DNA of 63,918 bases, filler included, from Deltaproteobacteria bacterium (GTDB lineage Bacteria; Myxococcota; JACRCW01): assembly GCA_016218805.1 (NCBI GenBank). It is 4 parts of 4 records of this genome, joined end to end, with 100 filler letters (N's around TTAATTAATTAA, not from the genome) between each part and the next. Parts side by side here need not be neighbours in the genome. Positions count along the whole stretch, not along the records: positions 29,988 to 49,695 come from JACRCW010000087.1; 3 more parts are not named here. One strand, written 5' to 3'. A program made the translations under genes and the position numbers. The notes under the pieces were generated by a model. That model had not been told where the DNA came from. It saw only the letters and a list, made by a program, of their open reading frames with translations, and made no database searches. Below are positions 39,005-48,417 of the stretch, in pieces (within the stretch, counting starts at the first letter, position 1; the number at the start of each line of letters is the position of its first letter).

Positions 39005-40297
39005 ATGCGACGCGCTGCACTACTGCTGCTTCTCCTTGGCCTGCCCACCACGGCACTCGCCTCTGACGGCGGCGCGCCGCATGGCCCGGAGTTGTCCGGC
39101 ATCCCCGTGGAGTTCATCCTGTTTGGGCTGACGCTCGTCGGTGTGGCGGTGCTGCACAAGATGACCATGTACGTCGCGCTCACGGGGCTGGCGGCGATTC
39201 TCGGGTTCAAGCTGGGTTTCACGCCCTTCAACCTGGTCACCCACCTTCACCACGAATGGCAGACTCTCACCAACCTCCTGGGCCTGTTGCTGGGGTTTGC
39301 ACTGCTGGCCAAGCACTTTGAGGAGAGCCGCATCCCAACCAAGCTGCCCGACTACCTGCCCGATGATTGGAAGGGCGGCTTCGCGCTGCTCGCCATTGTG
39401 TGCTTCATCTCCTCCTTCCTCGACAACATCGCGGCGGCCATGATCGGCGGCACCATTGCGCGGGTGGTCTTCAAGGGGAAGGTGCACATTGGGTTCCTGG
39501 CGGCCATTGTGGCGGCTTCCAACGCCGGTGGCGCGGGCAGCGTGGTGGGGGACACCACGACGACGATGATGTGGATTGACGGTGTTCCGGCGTTTGATGT
39601 GGCGGAGGCGTCCGTCGGCGCGGTGGTGGCACTTGCGATCTTTGGTGTCATCGCTGCGCGGCAGCAGCAGGCGCACGAGCCGATCACCAAGGACGCCCAG
39701 GGCGGCGTCACCATTGATTGGATGCGTGTGGTCATTGTGGGCATGATCCTGGCCGGCACCATTGCCACCAACGTCCTGCTGGACTTTCCGGCGGTGGGTG
39801 TGTGGGTGGCGCTGGCCGTGGGCGCGTTCATCCGAAAAACCGCCTGGGAGGAACTGCCCGGCGCGCTCAAGGGCAGCGTGTTCCTGCTCAGCCTGGTGTT
39901 CTGCGCGTCCATGATGCCCGTGGAGCGCCTGCCCGAAGCGTCCTGGCAGACGACGATGGGCCTGGGTTTTGTGTCCGCGGTGTTTGACAACATCCCGCTC
40001 ACCAAGCTGGCCATTGAACAGGGTGGCTATGACATGGGCTTCCTGGCGTTCGCGGTCGGGTTTGGCGGTTCCATGATTTGGTTTGGGTCCTCCGCCGGCG
40101 TGGCGCTCACCAACGCGTATCCCGAAGGCCGGTCCACCTTGCAGTGGCTGCGGCACGGGTGGCACGTGGCCCTGGCGTACGTCGTGTCGTTCCTCGTGAT
40201 GCTGGTGATGCTGGGCTACCACCCGTCCGTGTACACGCGGAAGGGTGCGCGCCCGGCCACGCCGGCGCCAGTGGCCGCCCCCGCAGAGACGAAGTAG
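39005..40297 (+). CDS. IT-superfamily permease (NhaD/CitMHS 'citrate transporter'-like)
   Basis: About 11-12 TM helices; SSFLDNIAAA, ASNAGGAGSVVGDTTTTMMW, SAVFDNIPL, GGSMIWFGSSAGVA. Confidence 0.85.
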   Translation: MRRAALLLLLLGLPTTALASDGGAPHGPELSGIPVEFILFGLTLVGVAVLHKMTMYVALTGLAAILGFKLGFTPFNLVTHLHHEWQTLTNLLGLLLGFALLAKHFEESRIPTKLPDYLPDDWKGGFALLAIVCFISSFLDNIAAAMIGGTIARVVFKGKVHIGFLAAIVAASNAGGAGSVVGDTTTTMMWIDGVPAFDVAEASVGAVVALAIFGVIAARQQQAHEPITKDAQGGVTIDWMRVVIVGMILAGTIATNVLLDFPAVGVWVALAVGAFIRKTAWEELPGALKGSVFLLSLVFCASMMPVERLPEASWQTTMGLGFVSAVFDNIPLTKLAIEQGGYDMGFLAFAVGFGGSMIWFGSSAGVALTNAYPEGRSTLQWLRHGWHVALAYVVSFLVMLVMLGYHPSVYTRKGARPATPAPVAAPAETK

Positions 40298-40323
40298 CGG
40301 CGGACAATATGCCAGGTAGCCGG

Positions 40324-41673
40324 TCAGCCGTGCGGGGGCGCTGCGGCGGCCTGGCCGGTCTCACCCGCACGGGACAGGGCGGCCTTGAACAGCACGGGCC
40401 CCACCAGCTCATTGAGTGCAACCACCGCAATGCCCAGCGCGGCGAGCCCGGCGCCCAGCGGGGGCGGGAGGCGCTCCGCGGCCAGCGCCACCAGGCCAAT
40501 GGTCACCCCCGCCTGGCTGACCAATGAGGTCCAGCCAAATCGCGTCACCGTTTCAGGGTCCCGGGCAAGCCGGTGCCCCAACCGGCACGCCGCCAGCGTG
40601 AGCCCCACGCGCGCCGCCGCCATGGCCAGGGCCATCTTCCAGCCGCTGAGCAGGATGTCTACGTCCAGGTGCGCCCCGGCGGTGGCAAAGAACACCACCA
40701 TGACGGTGGCGCCCATGCGGTCCACCACGCTGACCAGGACCGGCCCCTGGCGCGAGATGTTCCGCACGACGAAGCCCGCGCCGACGAACACCAGCAGCGT
40801 GTCGTAGTGGAAGTAGCGGCAGAACGCGGTGACGCCGTAGGCCAGCGCCACCACAAACAGCCCCTGGTCTCCCTTGACCAGCCGCAGCCACATGGCAATC
40901 AGCAGGCCCAGCGTGGTGCCCGCGGCCACGCTGGCCACCAGCTCCTTGCCCAGCGCGGCCAGGTCGTCCGCGGAGAAGGTGGTGCCGCCGTCCACCAGGA
41001 CCCGCGCAAAGGTCAGCGCCACGCTGAAGACGCCCAGGACCAGCACGTCAAAGACCACCACCATGGCCACCGCGTAGGTCGTCAATGGGCCGCGCGCGTG
41101 CGTTTCGCCAATGACGGCCAGCGTGGCCGCCGGGGACTTGGAGACGGAGATGGCGGCCCAGGTCACCGCCAGCGCCAGCACCGCGGGCCAGGGCACGTCC
41201 GCCAGGAACGGCAAGCCGTCCCGCGCCAGCCAGAACGCGGCGGTCATGCCGGGCACCACCACGGCCAGCTGCGTGACGGACGCCCAGGCCAGGCTGCGCC
41301 AGGCATTCCGGAACATCTCCGCGGTGAGTTCGGCGCCCGCCTGCAGGGCAATGAGTGCCAGGGCCAGCGCGTTGACGAACTCAAGCGCCTTCACCTCGCC
41401 GTGGCCAACGGTGCCCAGCACGTCCGGTCCAAACACGACCCCCACGGCGAGGTACCCGGTCAGCCGCGGCAAGCGGAACAGCGCGGCGAACTTGCCGCCC
41501 ACAATCCCGGCCAGCACCAGGAAGCCCAGCGCGAACAGGGTCCGCCCGGGCCCCCCCGGTTCCGCCGCGCTGCGCGCGGCCACCAGCAGCAGCAGGCCCA
41601 CCGCCGCGGCGCCAAGCACGAGTTCCCCCACGCGGCGGGGGAAGTCCTGGCGTGGCGCGGTACCCTCAAGCAT
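40324..41673 (-). CDS. Cation:proton antiporter (CPA2-like)
   Basis: LPRLTGYLAVGVVFGP, ALQAGAEL, SKSPAATLAV, VVFDV, FFATAGAHLD, SQAGVTIGL, NELVGP. Confidence 0.88.
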   Translation of the reverse strand: MLEGTAPRQDFPRRVGELVLGAAAVGLLLLVAARSAAEPGGPGRTLFALGFLVLAGIVGGKFAALFRLPRLTGYLAVGVVFGPDVLGTVGHGEVKALEFVNALALALIALQAGAELTAEMFRNAWRSLAWASVTQLAVVVPGMTAAFWLARDGLPFLADVPWPAVLALAVTWAAISVSKSPAATLAVIGETHARGPLTTYAVAMVVVFDVLVLGVFSVALTFARVLVDGGTTFSADDLAALGKELVASVAAGTTLGLLIAMWLRLVKGDQGLFVVALAYGVTAFCRYFHYDTLLVFVGAGFVVRNISRQGPVLVSVVDRMGATVMVVFFATAGAHLDVDILLSGWKMALAMAAARVGLTLAACRLGHRLARDPETVTRFGWTSLVSQAGVTIGLVALAAERLPPPLGAGLAALGIAVVALNELVGPVLFKAALSRAGETGQAAAAPPHG

Positions 41674-41690
41674 GGGACCTCCGCCGGCCG

Positions 41691-42650
41691 TCAGGTGTTG
41701 GTCACGTTGCGGCGCAGCAGCTGGCGGAACACGCGGGCCACGCGGATGATCTGGCCCACCTGGGCGGTGACCTGGCGCAGCAGCTCCTCTTCGTCCGGGT
41801 GGAGCGGGCGCGCGTTGTTGGTCAGGTAGGCGGCGGCGCCGTAGGGCTCTTGCGCGGGGCCAATCATGGCCAGCAGCGCCTGGCGGCGCTTGTAGGTCTC
41901 GCGCACCAGCTCCACCAGCGCGGCGTGGCTGCCAATGTCCCGCAGCGCGGTCTTCCAGTTGTCCAGGTCCTCGGTGAGCAGGAACCCGGAGTCGGCGGCC
42001 AGCTGGTGCTCGTCGGACTCGTGGCTGGCGCCGCGGGGGCGCAGCACGCCGGTGCCGCGCTCATAGGCCATCACCACCACCACGGCGCCGTCCAGGAAAC
42101 GGGACAGCGCGGAGGCGCATACCGTCTCAATGCGGCGCAGCGAGATGTCCGGCTTGTTCAGCGCTTCGCGCAGCGCCTCGGCCAGGCCGGTGAGCATCTC
42201 CTCCAGCGCGGCGGGCATCACCGTCAGGCGGGACTGGGCCGCCAGGAAGCGCCCGCGTTCGTCCCGAATGCTGTCCAGCGCGCGCAACTCGGCCAGCGCG
42301 CGCCGCAGGCCCGCGCGCCACATCAGGGGGTGGTCGTCGTCACGCATCACGTCAAACGCACCGGACTGCAGCAGCGGCAGGTAGCGCGCCAGGTCCGCGG
42401 AGGGGACCAGCGCCAGGCGCGGCAACTGGGGCCAGGCGGTGGCCACCAGCTCAAACAGCTCCTTGGTGGACCCGCCCTTCACCAGCGCACCGGCCACCAG
42501 CACGTCCGGCAGGCGGGTGCGCATCTGCTGCAGGGCGCCGCGCTGCGTGTCCACGGCGTCAACCTCCAGCCCGTCATCTTGTGCGGCCTTGAGCATCCGG
42601 ATGCGGCGGTCGGCGTCCGCATCGACGACCAGGACATACGGTTCAGCCAC
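41691..42650 (-). CDS. Pseudo-receiver domain protein with GAF-like C-terminal region
   Basis: VLVVDAD...PDVLVAG (phospho-Asp absent)...GAFDVM; C-terminal YGAAAYLTN..RPLHPDEEELLRQVTAQVG is a GAF-like end. Confidence 0.6.
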   Translation of the reverse strand: MAEPYVLVVDADADRRIRMLKAAQDDGLEVDAVDTQRGALQQMRTRLPDVLVAGALVKGGSTKELFELVATAWPQLPRLALVPSADLARYLPLLQSGAFDVMRDDDHPLMWRAGLRRALAELRALDSIRDERGRFLAAQSRLTVMPAALEEMLTGLAEALREALNKPDISLRRIETVCASALSRFLDGAVVVVMAYERGTGVLRPRGASHESDEHQLAADSGFLLTEDLDNWKTALRDIGSHAALVELVRETYKRRQALLAMIGPAQEPYGAAAYLTNNARPLHPDEEELLRQVTAQVGQIIRVARVFRQLLRRNVTNT

Positions 42651-42671
42651 GCGCGTCCTCCGGCGGGTTGT

Positions 42672-43667
42672 TCAACGCGCCTCCTGCGCCACCCGCGCAT
42701 TGAGCAGGTCGTTGATGTCCAGCTTGTTGATGTTGACGCTGCCCGCCGCCGCGCTGGGCACCACAATGATGCGCTTGCCGCGCAGCGCTTCGGCCAGCTT
42801 CATCTTGATGCGCGTGCGGCCGCCCGCGCCGGACATGGCCTCGCGCGTCTTGCGGACGCCTTTGGCCTGCGCCTCCTTCTCCGCCAGGATGGCCTCCGCG
42901 GCCTTCTGCTTGGAGAAGTAGTACGCGTCCGCCTCCAGCGTGGCCTGCCGCGCCTTGCCCTGCTCAGTGGCAATGGCCTGCTCCACGTCACCCTTGGTGC
43001 GCTCCAGGTTGGCCTGCCATTCGCGCAGGGCGTTCTCCGCGGCGCTGCGGTTGGTGTTCACCTGCTGGTCAAACACCTTCTTGTCGTTGATGGCCTTCTG
43101 GTATTCGCCGTGGAAGCGGTGGTCCCCCAGGTTCACGGCTTCCACCAGCACGCCGTAGGGGGCCAGCGCCGCGTTGAGCTTCTTCTTGGCGGCCTCCGCG
43201 GCCTGGAACTTCTTGGAGGTGTAGATCTCCTCGGAGGTGAGGGTGTTGAGCGCGTCACGCGGGATGGCGCGCGCCAGCGGCCGCACCACAATCTCCTTGA
43301 GTTCCTCCGGGCTGCGGGCCACCCGCGTGATGATCTCCACCACCTTGGTCGCGTCCACGCGGTAGAGCACCGTGATGTCCAGCGCCACGTCGTTGCCGTC
43401 GCGCGTCTTGAATTCCACGTCGTCGCGCTCCCCGCGGTCACCCTTGGTGGTGGACGCCACCATCTCCAGCGCCTGGGTGGAGATGGGGAAGGTGTACCAC
43501 TCGGTGACAAACGGGATGAAGAAGTACGTCCCGCCGGGCGGGTGCACCTCCGGGTCCACGCCGGTGAACTTGTTGACGCGCACGCCCACCTCCGTGGCGG
43601 TGGTGGAGCGGGCAATGCAGCCGCTGCCCATGAGCAGCATGAGCACCAGGCCCAGGAGGCGGTTCAT
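42672..43667 (-). CDS. SPFH/prohibitin (band 7) lipoprotein
   Basis: Lipobox MGSGC; PGGTYFFIPF, FKTRDGNDVALDITVLYRV; coiled-coil tail. Confidence 0.88.
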   Translation of the reverse strand: MNRLLGLVLMLLMGSGCIARSTTATEVGVRVNKFTGVDPEVHPPGGTYFFIPFVTEWYTFPISTQALEMVASTTKGDRGERDDVEFKTRDGNDVALDITVLYRVDATKVVEIITRVARSPEELKEIVVRPLARAIPRDALNTLTSEEIYTSKKFQAAEAAKKKLNAALAPYGVLVEAVNLGDHRFHGEYQKAINDKKVFDQQVNTNRSAAENALREWQANLERTKGDVEQAIATEQGKARQATLEADAYYFSKQKAAEAILAEKEAQAKGVRKTREAMSGAGGRTRIKMKLAEALRGKRIIVVPSAAAGSVNINKLDINDLLNARVAQEAR

Positions 43668-44719
43668 GGTGCACCCCCGCCGCGCCCGAACATCTTCATC
43701 AGGCTCTCCAGGTCCAGCGGGTTGAACGACCCGGCCTTCCCCGTGTCCGACAGGACGATGGTGTCCAGGCCGCCCAGCACCTCCGCCATGCGCTCGGCGA
43801 CGAGGTTGTCGCTGCCGGCGCCCTCAATGGCGGCGTTCTCCAGCTCGCTGCCGCGCGCGGTGGCCAGCGTGACCAGCAGGTCCCCTTCCGCCCGCTTCTT
43901 GCGTGCCTGCATGTCCGCCTCGGCGCGGATCTTCTGGATGTCGGACTCGCCGCGCTGCTTCTCCACGGCAACGGACGCCTCGCCCTCCGCGGCGATCTTG
44001 CGGCGCCGCGCATCCTCCTTGGCCGCCTCCGCGCGCGACTGCTGGGTGAACACCAGCTGGTCCTGCACCTTCCGCTGCTCAATCTGCTTCTGGTAGTCCT
44101 GATTGTAATAGTACTGCCGGATGAGCACGTACTCGACGATGAGACCGCTCTCCTTGAGCGGCGGGCGCATGGACTCCATCGCCGCCTGGGTGGCCTTCTC
44201 ACGCAGTTCCTCGTTGTAGAAGTCCTCCGCCAGCAGCTTGCCCAACTTCTCTTTCAGTGCGGCCTGCGCCCGCGGCACCATGGCGTTGACCTCAAAGGTC
44301 CGGCCGGGCCCAAACTCGTGCATCACCTTGTACGCGTCGCCAATGCGGTACAGCACAGCGACGTCAGCGTGCATCTTGGACCCGTCCGACGTGTCAATCT
44401 CAATGCGGCCGGCCGGGTAGACGTGCTCATTGCCCTTGGCGGTCTCCGACGCGGTGGAGGTGAACTCCACCGCCTGGAGCGTGGTGGGGAACAGGTGGAT
44501 GGTGACGCCGGGACCGGTGATGTACCAGCGGCCGCCGGCCAGCGGCTCCTGCTGGATGCCGCCGGCAAAGCGGCTCACCTTGATGCCCACCTGGTGGGGC
44601 GGGACGTACTCAAAGGTGGTGTTGAACCCGATGAGCACGGCAAGACCGATGGCACCAAAGAAGATGCCTCGGCGGATCAAGCGTTCTTTGCGCGGGTCAC
44701 GCGCTGCACCGTTGGACAT
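43664..44719 (-). CDS. SPFH/prohibitin (band 7) membrane protein
   Basis: N-terminal TM; YVPPHQVGIKV, IDTSDGSKMHADVAVLYRI; coiled-coil tail; ATGA overlap with partner gene. Confidence 0.88.
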   Translation of the reverse strand: MSNGAARDPRKERLIRRGIFFGAIGLAVLIGFNTTFEYVPPHQVGIKVSRFAGGIQQEPLAGGRWYITGPGVTIHLFPTTLQAVEFTSTASETAKGNEHVYPAGRIEIDTSDGSKMHADVAVLYRIGDAYKVMHEFGPGRTFEVNAMVPRAQAALKEKLGKLLAEDFYNEELREKATQAAMESMRPPLKESGLIVEYVLIRQYYYNQDYQKQIEQRKVQDQLVFTQQSRAEAAKEDARRRKIAAEGEASVAVEKQRGESDIQKIRAEADMQARKKRAEGDLLVTLATARGSELENAAIEGAGSDNLVAERMAEVLGGLDTIVLSDTGKAGSFNPLDLESLMKMFGRGGGAP

Positions 44720-44785
44720 GGGGCGCACTGTGCCCCGCGTCAGCGTGCGCGGGCAAACGCCCGGGCGGCGCAGCGTTTGCGGCCC

Positions 44786-45487
44786 TCACTTCTTCTTGGG
44801 GGCCGCGTGTTTGGCCGGCGCGCTCTTGGCCGGGGCCGCCTTGGCGGTGGGCGCGGCCTTGGCGCCCTTGCCACCCTTCTTGGCGGCGTCCTGCGCCTTC
44901 TTCAGTTCCGCCAGGATGACGTCCTGGTTCTGCTTGATGACTTCTGAGATGGCGATGGACAGCGCACGCGCGCGCACGGTGGCGGGGTCCTTGGCCTTGG
45001 GGTCATTGACGATGGCCTGCTTGAGGTCCTCCGCCGCCTCAAACACCTTGCCCTGCTGGAAGCGGATCTCGCCGCGGTTGGCGTAGGCCGCGGAGTTGTA
45101 CGGGTTGAACTTGAGGGCGATGGTGTACGCGTGTTCCGCCTCGTCGTAGTTGCCTTCACGCTGCAGGCAGGAGGCGTGCGCGGTGTGGAAGTAGGAGTCA
45201 TACGGGTCCAGCGCCAGCAGGCCCTTGAAGATGACCTTGGCCTGTTCCAGGCGGCCCTGGTTGAGGACGGCGTAGCCCTTCTTGGCCATTTCGTACTGGA
45301 TGTCTTTGCCAATGCCTTCCAGCTCGCCCAGCGTGATGCGGCCCATGATGAACCCCTCAATGAGCGCCGGGTCATACGCCACGGTCTTGGCCGGGCCGGC
45401 GGGCTTGGGCGCGGGTTTGGCAGCGGCGGGAGGAGCCTTGGCGGGAGCGGCGGCCTTTGCCGGGGGAGCGGCCTTCTTCTGTGACAT
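44786..45487 (-). CDS. SycD/LcrH-like (class II T3SS chaperone) TPR protein
   Basis: ITLGELEGI...YEMAKKGYAVLNQGRLEQAKVIFKGLLALDPYDSYF + 3 TPRs + DPATVRARAL resembles the LcrH/SycD pattern. Lys/Ala/Pro-rich ends; AAGGAG RBS. Confidence 0.7.
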   Translation of the reverse strand: MSQKKAAPPAKAAAPAKAPPAAAKPAPKPAGPAKTVAYDPALIEGFIMGRITLGELEGIGKDIQYEMAKKGYAVLNQGRLEQAKVIFKGLLALDPYDSYFHTAHASCLQREGNYDEAEHAYTIALKFNPYNSAAYANRGEIRFQQGKVFEAAEDLKQAIVNDPKAKDPATVRARALSIAISEVIKQNQDVILAELKKAQDAAKKGGKGAKAAPTAKAAPAKSAPAKHAAPKKK

Positions 45488-45675
45488 GAGACGTCTCCTT
45501 TTCGGGGTGATCCCGTCGTGTCCGTTGGGGTTGGGCTGAAACCGGCGGGCATCCTTCCACGGCACCCCGGGGCGGGTAAACGGTGTCCACGTGAGAACGG
45601 CGCCCGGTTGAGGGCGTGGCGCGCCGCGTCTAGGTTGCCGTCCGTCGTCGCGCCACCGTCCCGGAGGTCCCCCTG

Positions 45676-46587
45676 ATGTCCCACGGCCGGGTGTGCCGCC
45701 GCTGTCTCAACTACGCGGGCATGCGTTTCTTCCTGAACCCGCGGCACGTGCCGGCGCGGATCCTGGCGCACCTGGCGCTGGATGAGGACGGCGTGTGCAG
45801 CGTTTGTCGCGCCTACGCGCGTGAACGCGTGGAGCCGCTGCACGCCGCGTTGGCGCAGCACGTCCGGGAACGGCTGCACCACGGCGAGCCCGCGCTGGTG
45901 CTGTGCTCCGGCGGCAAGGACAGCGTGGCGACGAGCGCGCTGGTGCGCGGGTTGTCCGCGGGCCCGGTGGTGGGCTTCCTGTATGACAACGGCTTCATCC
46001 CCGCCGCGGTGGTGGAGCGCGCGGCGGTCACGTTGGAACAACTGGGTGTGCCGCTGCTCGTCGGCCGGCCGCAGGAACCGGCGCGGCGCGCGTTTGCGTC
46101 GCTGGTGCTGGCGCCGGACCCGTCCGCCCCGCCGCCGTGCGAAGCCTGCGCGCAGGCCATGGTCCTGGAGGCGCTGCACGAGGTGGACGCGCTGGAGGCG
46201 ACCCTGCTCATCACCGGGAGCAACTACTGGGCGGCCTGGACGGACCAGCCGCTGCCCGCCGTGGGGCTGCGCACACCGGGGGGCCGTGACGTGCTGCTGG
46301 TGCACCTCCCCTACCTGCTGGGGCGCACGCGCGCGGACACGCTGGACCTGCTGGGGGAGTTCGGGTTTGCGCCGGCCCAGATGGCGGGCGTGAGCAGCAA
46401 TTGCCGCGTCCCCGCGCTGGTGCAGGAGCGCGTCAGCCAAGACGTGGGGCACGTGCCGGAGTTGGAGGACCTCTCCCTGGAGGTGTTGGTGGGTCACCTC
46501 ACGCGCGCGGAGGCCATCCGCGAGCTGTACGCCAAGGCGCCCGCGCAGCGGCGCCTGCTGGACGGGTTGTTCGGCGGGGAGCGGTAG
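45676..46587 (+). CDS. PP-loop ATPase (N-acetyl-sugar amidotransferase WbpG/QueC-like)
   Basis: CRRC...DEDGVCSVC zinc motifs; LCSGGKDS PP-loop; YDNGF; CEAC; SSNC. Confidence 0.7.
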   Translation: MSHGRVCRRCLNYAGMRFFLNPRHVPARILAHLALDEDGVCSVCRAYARERVEPLHAALAQHVRERLHHGEPALVLCSGGKDSVATSALVRGLSAGPVVGFLYDNGFIPAAVVERAAVTLEQLGVPLLVGRPQEPARRAFASLVLAPDPSAPPPCEACAQAMVLEALHEVDALEATLLITGSNYWAAWTDQPLPAVGLRTPGGRDVLLVHLPYLLGRTRADTLDLLGEFGFAPAQMAGVSSNCRVPALVQERVSQDVGHVPELEDLSLEVLVGHLTRAEAIRELYAKAPAQRRLLDGLFGGER

Positions 46588-46593
46588 CCTGCG

Positions 46594-48402
46594 GTGTGCG
46601 GCATCTTTGGCGTCCTGCGGTTTGACGGCGGCCCGGCGGATGACCGCGCGCTGCAAGGCATGGCGCGCGCCATGCGGCACCGCGGTCCCGACGGGGATGC
46701 GCGCTGGCAGGCGGGCCCATGCGGCCTGGGGTACGTGCGGCTGGCCACGGTGGGTCTGCGCCAACCGGCGCAGGTCTTTGCGGCGGGCGCGGTCCGCTCC
46801 GTCGTCAATGGCGAGGTGTACGGCCACGCAGCGGTGGCACGCAGCCTGGGTTTCCCGGTTCCAGCGGTGGACACGCACCTGCTGGCGATGGTGGCGGCGC
46901 GGGACGCGGCCGCGGGTGTGCTGCGTGTGCCGGGCACGTTTGCGGCCGCGTGGTGGGACGGTGACGGGCTGTGGCTGGCGCGGGACCGCGTGGGGAAGAA
47001 GCCGCTGTTCTACGTCGTGGATGGGCGCGCCGTGTGGTTTGCATCCGAAATCAAGGCGCTGGTGGCCGCCGGCGCGCTGGACGTGGCAGCGGATGACCAC
47101 GCGGTGGGGAAGTTCCTGTTCCAGGGGTCGCTGGAGGAAAGCACGCCCCTGCTGCGCGGCGTGCACGTGGTCACGCCGGGGACGGCGGTGGGATGGACGC
47201 GGGAGGGGACGGCGCGCACCGCGCACGCACCGCCGTGGAACCTGGCGGATGGGACGGGCGGTGAGGCGGACGGGCTGGAGGCGCACTTCACGGCGGCCGT
47301 GGACCGCCGCCTCCCTGACGAGGTCACCGCCGTCACGCTGTTCTCCGGGGGCCTGGACTCGTCGCTGGTGGCGGCGCGGGCGCGCATGCCGCTGGTGACC
47401 ATTGCGGTCCCGGAATCTGACGAGACCCAGCAGGCGACCCGCGTGGCACGGAAGCTGGGTCTGCGGTTGGAAGTGGTGGCGGCGCCGCCGCGGGACCGCG
47501 CGTGGCTGCGGCGCGCGTTGTTCCACCTGGAGACGCCGGACGCGTCCGCGGCGTACGCCATGGCACCCGCGGTGCTCGCCGCGGCGGATGTGCTGGGCGC
47601 GCGCGGGGTGCGCGTGGCGCTGGGCGGGGAAGGCGCGGACGAGGTGTTCCTGGGCTACCCGTGGCACCGTCTTGCGCTGGCGCTGGAGCGCGGCGTGGAC
47701 CCGCCGGCGCGCGTGGACAGTCCCGTGGTGCGGCGCGCCATGCAACTGCTGGGGTGGTCCGGCGCCGCGGGGCGCCCGCTGCGCGCATTGGAGGCGTGGC
47801 TGTGGTCCGGTGGGTTTGCCGAGGTGGCGGCCACCCTCTACGCGGGCCAACCGGTGGCGCCTGTTGATGAGCCCACCGGTCCGTGTGACCCCGGAACCCC
47901 GGTGCCGCACGGCGCGCGCCAACGCCAGCTGGACGCGCTCCGGCGGGACATGCTGCTGCTCCCGGTGCTGCACGCGGACCGCCTGCTGGCCGCCGCGGGC
48001 GTGGAGTCCCGTCTCCCGTTTCTTGACGACGCGCTGGTGGCGTGGATGCTCACTGCGCCGGCGCACCGGCTGGAGCGCATGGACCGGGACAAGCCGCTGT
48101 TGCGGACGCTGGCCCGCCGCGTGTTCCCGGGCTTCCGGCCCGCCGCCAAGCGCGGCTTCACCGCACCGCGACGGCCGCCCGATGACGTGTTGGAGGCGTG
48201 GACGCGCGCCCGCGCCGCGGAAGGCGTGCGCTGCCTGGACCTGGCGCGGCTGTTGGCGGACCCCATGCTGCGGGGACCGGCGCGCGCTGAAGCGCTGTGG
48301 CGCGCATTCCTCGTCGAGGAAACGCTGGACGTGCTGTGGCGGGGCCCGGGAGAAACACCGCGGGCCGGCTCCCCAACGTCAGAGGAACCGGCCCGCGCGT
48401 GA
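46594..48402 (+). CDS. Asparagine synthetase B-family amidotransferase
   Basis: MCGIFG, RHRGPDG, NGEVY, ARDRVGKKPLFY, FASEIKAL, FSGGLDSS, GEGADEVFLGY, ESRLPFLD, AKRGF. Confidence 0.9.
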   Translation: MCGIFGVLRFDGGPADDRALQGMARAMRHRGPDGDARWQAGPCGLGYVRLATVGLRQPAQVFAAGAVRSVVNGEVYGHAAVARSLGFPVPAVDTHLLAMVAARDAAAGVLRVPGTFAAAWWDGDGLWLARDRVGKKPLFYVVDGRAVWFASEIKALVAAGALDVAADDHAVGKFLFQGSLEESTPLLRGVHVVTPGTAVGWTREGTARTAHAPPWNLADGTGGEADGLEAHFTAAVDRRLPDEVTAVTLFSGGLDSSLVAARARMPLVTIAVPESDETQQATRVARKLGLRLEVVAAPPRDRAWLRRALFHLETPDASAAYAMAPAVLAAADVLGARGVRVALGGEGADEVFLGYPWHRLALALERGVDPPARVDSPVVRRAMQLLGWSGAAGRPLRALEAWLWSGGFAEVAATLYAGQPVAPVDEPTGPCDPGTPVPHGARQRQLDALRRDMLLLPVLHADRLLAAAGVESRLPFLDDALVAWMLTAPAHRLERMDRDKPLLRTLARRVFPGFRPAAKRGFTAPRRPPDDVLEAWTRARAAEGVRCLDLARLLADPMLRGPARAEALWRAFLVEETLDVLWRGPGETPRAGSPTSEEPARA

Positions 48403-48417
48403 CCTGCGCACTTCAGC

